Shown piece after piece: positions 23,125 to 29,056 of a stretch of DNA of 29,056 bases. The notes under the pieces are model-generated. The model was not told the DNA's origin. It ran no database searches and worked only from the letters and a program-made list of their open reading frames with translations. The stretch comes from Octopus sinensis (Eukaryota), in contig NW_021832358.1 of the NCBI RefSeq assembly GCF_006345805.1, positions 1-29,056 of the forward strand, in the 5' to 3' direction. A program made the position numbers and the translations under genes. The first letter of the stretch is position 1. Every line of letters begins with the position of its first letter.

Positions 23125-23690
23125 GAACACCCACAGACCTGTCAAACGAAATAACACATTCTGAGGTCAGAAGCATTTCACTGTATAAACAACAACAGAG
23201 CTGCATGATGCGACGGAGTTCCGGGGGAATTACTCAAGTATGCCCTCAAAAGTCTAGCGAGCTGTTTCGATAAATATGGAACAAGGCATTTGCGCTGCAC
23301 TGTCCGCTCCCAATCGGGACAAAAAATATTAATACCCATTCAGAAACGAAGAATACGAAGAACTGCCCTGAAAACTTAAGACCAATAGTATTAGTCACCA
23401 CTCTAAGGAATACTCTATCAACTATTATTCGAGGCCGTAAAGTCCGTCGATCGATGTCTTTCTCAGTCAGAGTTGTTTCAGACCTGGCTGATGTTGTCTA
23501 GAGTCATCGGTGGACAACTGCATTATGTCAGAAGTACAAACGATCCTTTCATATCCTAGGAGTCGACACGACTAAGGTCTTCGACACCGTCAACAGGAGT
23601 AAATTATTTATCGTGTAGAAAGACAGTATCAATCAAAACAGTCTGCCCATGATACATATGCTATTTCTGAAACTGAACTACTCGTCAAAC
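23125..23690 (+). mobile_element. Decayed RTE-like RT N-terminal fragment
   Basis: NNNRAA*CDGVPGELLKY, ILIPIQK, PENLRPIVLVTTLR, DVV*SHRW and HILGVDTTKVFDTVNRSKL. Confidence 0.82.
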
Positions 23691-24169
23691 TCGCTGTTGG
23701 CAATATTTTCAGCTGCTAACCTTGTCTCTACTGATCTTGAGCCATGTTTCGAGCCAGTTTAACTTTGCCAGATCATTTTCCTATTTTGTACCCCTGGAGC
23801 TTTTCTACTTAAGATTGGACTGGAGATTAACTGCGAATAATCTGAATTAGCTTTAACCTTGGTAATGAACTAATCTTGGTCAAGTAACACGACTGATTCC
23901 AAAATGTCGCTGCTTCCAAATAGAACAACAGAGAAAGTTTTGCCGAGTGTGCCTATTGAATCGAATTTGAGATTAAAGACTTTATCCTAACCATTTTTAA
24001 AAATTGACATAATTTGCTCAAAAATCTAAAAAGTTGACCTTTTTGGCATTTTTATAAAGAATTTAAAGCATCTAATGAATTGTCCAAAGAATATATTTCT
24101 ATTCAAAATAATAAATTTTTTGTTCGATGAAACCTTTTAAACTTCGAAAAAATGGAGATTATGAAACTG

Positions 24170-24300
24170 ATTATAAGAAAAGATAAGACAGAAACTATAA
24201 CACAAAACTAAGAAACTGGGCTCTGTCCTCAGTAACCTACACAAACTGAGAAGACCTGGCTCCCCAACAGAGGACTTGATATGAGAATTCGTTTTAAAAT
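24170..24300 (+). mobile_element. Short RTE-like RT fragment
   Basis: DKTETI, KKLGSVLS and WL...MRIRF parallel DKTERTTI, KKVGSLLG and W...LRIRL of the element at 643-1547. Confidence 0.45.
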
Positions 24301-24355
24301 GCACTGGTAATACCTTTCCATTGGATTCGTTTTACAATGCATTGGTAATACCTTT
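24287..24355. repeat. Two-copy 38-bp-period tandem repeat
   Basis: ATTCGTTTTA(A/C)AATGCA(C/T)TGGTAATACCTTT at 24287 and 24325. Confidence 0.85.
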
Positions 24356-24589
24356 TTTTAAATGTAGTATCTACAGAAAAGTTTAGTATTTAAATAACAT
24401 CCCGGAGACTTGCTTCCAAGGAAAGAGATTGTAGTTATCCCTGTGTTTTTCCTAAACTTGTTGAGTCCAGTGAGTTATATGTATTGACAAGTAACCTGCG
24501 AAACAACGAGCCCTTTAGACGAAATTGTCAAGGGACGAGTGTTGAGGGGTTCTGTGAACACTCATGGGAAATGAGTCCTTAGATTTCAT

Positions 24590-24665
24590 ACGCCAAAACT
24601 AGCCTTGGACAAAAAAAAGTTCCCTAGCCCTGGTGTGGTCTGATGAGAGCTCATTTTCAGCTGTC
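24590..24665 (+). mobile_element. Tiny Tc1 transposase remnant
   Basis: LVWSDESSF motif only. Confidence 0.35.
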
Positions 24666-24766
24666 CCCTGTATTAGATGATAGTTTAATTTTAATAAATA
24701 TAATGAAGTATTCATAATATCCAGTTTATTTAAAACCATGTCCTGCTAATATTATTTAAAGACGGG

Positions 24767-25609
24767 TCATAAGTGCAGTCCAATTGCCCATAGTAATAAC
24801 GATACAGTAAACGAATAATAGTCTTAAATTAAATTGATGAATTACTTTTGATAACATTATTGGGAACTCCATCGGAGAATGTAATATTGTATCTTGTCGC
24901 AAATTCATGAACAGCTTCTCTCATACCAGACAAGTAAACTCTCTAAAGTAAGTTATTTTAAATACGGCTAAATCATCTGCCTTAGCATTATCTGGTACAG
25001 TGGTCGGCATCGATTCAACTTTAATAGTGATATTATTCTACAATATAATATACATGCTTCAAACAATGAAATTTGGGATATAATTATCTGATTGGATTAA
25101 GGATTCTTCTGTAAGAGAATCAATTTTGTGCATTTTCATAATAAATTCTGTATGATTTGAAGCCAATTCTAAATAATTATAAAGATAGCCTTTCCATGTA
25201 ATGAGAATCTCGAGAAGAGCCCCTTCGCAATATATTATAAAAAATAAAACTTGTAAATTTTCTACTTGATCAAGAGGCTTTCCTGCACTAATTATAACAA
25301 AATTAACCTTTATCTATGTAATCTCTAAATTTATTGAAAACGAATTTCTAAAGATTAAAAACATTAAAAACCCCAAATTGAATTCTTATATCTGCTTGTT
25401 CTTGTTTTTCTAAAAATATTTACATTATTCGACCAAAATAATCTATTCCATAAAATAATGTTTCGAATATCTCTTTAGTTTTATTTTTCTACAATTTAAT
25501 AGAAAAAACTTATCACTTTGTGCATAGTTTCATTTTCTAACAATAAAATTAAAGTATTACCTGATATTACAGATAAGATACAAACACTGAACACTTGCAG
25601 TAGAATCAT
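24767..25609 (-). CDS. Orphan 214-aa predicted secreted / GPI-anchored glycoprotein, 8 tiny introns
   Basis: Introns 25537-25560, 25489-25516, 25410-25433, 25348-25371, 25283-25307, 25038-25064, 24943-24965 and 24823-24845 (23-28 nt) give one 645-nt ATG-to-TGA frame. Signal-like N-terminus MILLQVFSVCILSVIS, hydrophobic C-terminus YYSFTVSLLLWAIGLHL, five N-x-T sequons. The first intron has no in-frame stop, so it is not strictly required. Confidence 0.75.
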
Positions 25610-25854
25610 TAATTCATAACGGCATATTGACATATATTCATATAAATTACATAATTAATGGAAATTCTTGATCTAGGAAATTTATTCAAAATATTATTAA
25701 CTTTAATTTTTTAGAAGTAGTTTTAGACATATGGAATATTGCAGGTACACCGAATTTAGAAAATGTGTCAATTAAAGTTATAATTCGAAAAACATTGTGC
25801 GAACTAATTTTACAGAATCAAAATGATTTAAAATGTAACAAGATCTAATCGAAT

Positions 25855-26675
25855 TAATATATGTTGGTTCCAGCTTCCTTATCTTTGCTACCGATCATGG
25901 GCCGGAATACAGCGTCGGTATCCTTGACAGGTTCCTCTTGTGGTGGCTGCTTCCTTTATTTGTTTGTTCTCGTTGTAGGGAAGAGTTTGTACTCCGGGCG
26001 CATGCTCTCCAGTGTTTTTTGATCACGATTGTCTGAACATATGCACGCTTTGAGTCATGGACTTTTAGGGGGTTTTGGTAGTGCTTGTAAAATTTGGATG
26101 TTATTCCATCCCACGTGCGAACAAACAGTACGACATTCACTTTTGCACTATGGATTAACCTCAATTCGCGTGCCAAAAGGTTATATTTATGTAATTTCTC
26201 AACTTCCACATGCTTCAAAGATTGTTGAGAAGTAATCCCAACTTTAATCAGCGTAATGATGTTCTGAACTTTGTCGTAGACAAAAATATCTGGTTTACTA
26301 TTATTGACTATCGTATCTATCTTGATCGTCGTGTCCCCCGTATTTCGACCACCTCATTAGAGACAGTCGATGTACGGAGTATGTCTTCAACTTCCAAGAC
26401 TGTTTTATCCCGTATTTCGGCAGATGTGCAATTGCATGCACCTTACCACCTTATTGTGGCGACGCAGGTAATCGTTGTTCAACATTCTGCCACATCTTGT
26501 AGCAAGATGATCAACAGTCTTTTTGGCGGCGTTGCAATGCCTGCAACTACTGCTACCGTTGTCAAAGACAAGTTGCGGTCTGAACCATGCACAGCATTCT
26601 CTCCGACGTTAAAGAGTTGTTCCCATGAGATAACCACCAGGACGATTCTTTCAGATCCATGTCTAAAGTGAAGTG
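25855..26675 (-). mobile_element. 3' part of an R4/Dong-like RLE non-LTR retrotransposon
   Basis: CCHC knuckle CRHCNAAKKTVDHLATRC, YLRRHNKVV, TIVNNSKPDIFVYDK, VGIT, EKLHKY and WDGITSK. Frameshifted. Confidence 0.85.
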
Positions 26676-26739
26676 GCTTATTCATAAACATTAAAAAAAT
26701 TCATTGTACACAAATCCAACGAACAAAATGAAGAAATGA

Positions 26740-27040
26740 TAAATTCTGAAAACATATCAAAAAACTCAGCTCCCTGCTACCTGACGCCAAAGTCATTTGT
26801 CAAAGGAAAATGCTACATACTTCAAAAATGTATTTTATTTAGATAGCAAAAAACTTGTATCACGAAAACTTCATGTCAGATTATACTACATGTTTGCAAG
26901 CCACCACTGTTATATAATTCCGGAACATGGAAATCTATTAAAAAAACAATCTAGAAAAACTAAATACTTTCACCGAACCTAACTTTGGCATATTGATTGG
27001 AATCCACTGGCCAATCAAAATCTCGAACCAAAAGTTTATA
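26740..27040 (+). mobile_element. Decayed RTE-like RT C-terminal fragment
   Basis: KKLSSLLPD, KLHVRLY, PLLYNSGTW, LEKLNTFH and LIGIHWPIKISNQK are collinear with the element at 643-1547. Confidence 0.8.
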
Positions 27041-27389
27041 TTTTCTCTGTAAATCCAGACTGGTGAGTAAATCCAAGGCAAGGAACAAGCTGACGTAGGT
27101 GTTGATGCTGCGGAAAATGGCTCAAGCGAATCCCTTTAGAGCCGTGCGAAAAATTTCGTAACTACCTACAATGTAAGAGAAATTTCGACTGAAATTATTG
27201 ACAATAAACACATTTAGAAGTCATAGTTTTTAGTATGTGTAACAGCATAAAGAGCAATAGTCATTTATCTCTAAATTTTCGAAATTATGAAACTTAGTTA
27301 CTGTGCTGAATATATGAAAATAATTAATTTTATTATTTGGTTACAGAAGATAATAAAATTTGTTTTTAAATAGTAGTTAGTATATTGAA

Positions 27390-27612
27390 ATGGCCGATCT
27401 TGTGGGTGCAGATACTTTTGAATGTAATAAGTCAATAATGTGTATTTCTATTAGTGTTATTTGAACTCTCAGAACTTTTAAACACAGGATTGGACAGAGA
27501 TACATTAAAAGTTTGTACTCAATTATTGGATTCCGGGGTTAACCCAGAAGCTCTGGGAGAAGTTATCTGCGAAATACGAAAAGAAATACAAAACGAAAAT
27601 CAAGATGATTAA
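27390..27612 (+). CDS. MZT1: MOZART1 (mitotic-spindle organizing protein 1), 63 aa
   Basis: The 31-nt intron 27424-27454 gives [63 protein letters not shown], with the LLNTGLD and GVNPEAL signatures. Confidence 0.95.
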
Positions 27613-28635
27613 GTTTGAGTTTATTCTATTTTAATAAATGAAATAAATTATTATTACATTTTTCTCAGCGGTTGAACATTTAGTAATAAATAGCACATCC
27701 TCAACAATAATAATCTTTTTGTTCCTTGTCCCATAACCTGGACAATTCTAATTTGTTTGTGCCGATCAACATACGCCTCCAAATTCTTCATTACAGATTT
27801 CCGTATCCAACGAAAGGTGGGAAAATTTTAGAATGCTCCCATTTGTCAGCCTCTTACCATCGCTGATCGTACTTCATTTTTTTCTGGAAGGTTTTTGCAT
27901 AATGGAGATTTGTCATTGGTAATGTGATCAAGGAAGGTAAACACCCCTTTCTACAATCGTGTTGTGCTAGAAGGACTCGTCGCCTCACGGGTGGGGAACT
28001 TTGACTTTCCACTACGGTTATAGACAGCACTTAAGTGAGACTCAGTTGTATTACTTGAATAAGTTTTCTTTATACTAAATGCAATCAGTCATAATGCATA
28101 TATGGAAAATTACACAAAGTACCCACAAAAGAACTCCAATCCGAAGTATGGACAACCCCATCTCCCCAAACGCATCTTTCTAATCTCCTTCTGTTGTTTG
28201 ACATCTTACCTACTGCTTAAATAAATTGGAAGGCTGCTATATTTAATAACATTGCAAAGCTTTTATGATGCGAGAAGAAATTCACGTGAAAGCCAAAGCC
28301 CAAATTATATTATGCTTAGTCTACAAGTGTTATGAGAAAGGCATGTGCGATTCCCCAGAATAACCTGTATGCACAAAAACTGGTCAGTTTCAGCATTTAG
28401 TTGATTTAATAAAGAATCACGTTACTAAGTCTTCTAAGCTGTTGCTAGATATTGTAAAGAGGTAATTTGCAGGAATACTGACAAAAAGGAAGGGTTGACA
28501 ATTCTCAAAAAGACTTACAAACTAACTTTGCTAACCATTTAAGCTCAGAAAAACTAGATAAAGATAAATTTACCTTTGATCTCTATGAATGAATTAAATA
28601 CTTACGACCTTACCATTCTAATCATAGTAAATATA

Positions 28636-29056
28636 ATTGATACCATTTGTTCCACTATGAAGTCCAAGAAGAGAACGCGGTGGGAAGTGCAGTCAAGTGG
28701 GAGTTCTTGGCGCAGATTGATGGTCACTAAGTGTGTGGTCATTTCAGGCATTTCCTCCGGGTCTGAGGATCCAAACAAAATGGTCATGTTTTTGAGTGCC
28801 ACCAACTGTCCCTGGAATATCGACGATGCGATGAGAAGACAGTTTGAGAACAGGATTTATATTCCCCTGCCATCGCTGAGTGATCGGATTGCCATTTTAT
28901 TCCTTAATTTGAGTGGGGTTACTTTGGCTGAGGATGTCGACATTGAGGCTTATGCTGCTCTGATGGATGGCTATTCCGGCTCGAATATCAGAATTGTGTG
29001 CCGAGACGCTGCCATGATGGAAATAAGGAGGAAGATTGGTGATTTGACTGTGGGAG
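28636..29056 (+). pseudogene. KATNA1: Katanin p60-type AAA ATPase, C-terminal fragment, degenerate, runs off the window end
   Basis: IDTICS-(frameshift)-..AVKWEFLAQIDG, 25-nt intron 28723-28747, then KMVMFLSATNCPWNIDDAMRRQFENRIYIPLP..GYSGSNIRIVCRDAAMMEIRR. No Walker A or B recognisable upstream. Confidence 0.75.

Noticed and set aside
8550-23540. RIP-like hypermutation of repeats
   Set aside because: Only a handful of TGG-to-TAG/TGA changes are visible. A dinucleotide-bias test needs alignments of multiple copies.
24500-24670. Several short hairpins and CTGATGA, resembling a hammerhead ribozyme or structured ncRNA
   Set aside because: No GAAA core follows stem II, and the CTGATGAG is explained by the Tc1 WSDES codons.
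5381-25609. Nearly all 3n-length introns contain an in-frame stop (NMD-type selection)
   Set aside because: Ascertainment bias: without transcripts I can only detect a 3n intron when it contains a stop.
23125-27040. One RTE element split by nested insertions
   Set aside because: Fragments at about 24170-24300 and 26740-26890 cover the same RT region, so at least two copies are involved, and no shared TSD was found.
27620-28600. Cys-containing open stretches and hydrophobic frames between MZT1 and katanin
   Set aside because: Interrupted by stops in every frame and no family recognised.

Overview
AT-rich eukaryotic DNA with no prokaryotic features. It uses the standard genetic code and has very small GT-AG introns: 21 were inferred, 22-33 nt long, 15 of them 23-25 nt. 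This is why the supplied ORF track misses or truncates most real genes. Hand-splicing gives six apparently intact host genes: a DCAF4-like WD40 protein, GTSF1, ACBP, a secreted EF-hand protein, an orphan predicted GPI-anchored protein and MZT1. Broken host-gene copies are HFM1/MER3, katanin p60, a proteasome beta-like gene, a kinase fragment and possibly an LRR gene. Decayed mobile elements are dense: RTE-like LINEs, an APE-RT LINE with a 5' inversion, two CRE-like and one R4-like restriction-like-endonuclease (RLE) retroelements, a full-length DD34E Tc1 inside the MER3 copy, a non-autonomous Tc1/IS630 element, a Buster-type hAT and a Ginger-like integrase. The most notable structures are the twin-priming-like inversion in a non-L1 LINE, an RTE inserted into the (TAA)n tail of that LINE, the IR/DR-type Tc1 and the pseudogenised meiotic helicase. 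All family assignments come from motifs recognised by eye; no database search was run. I see no convincing wholly new system.
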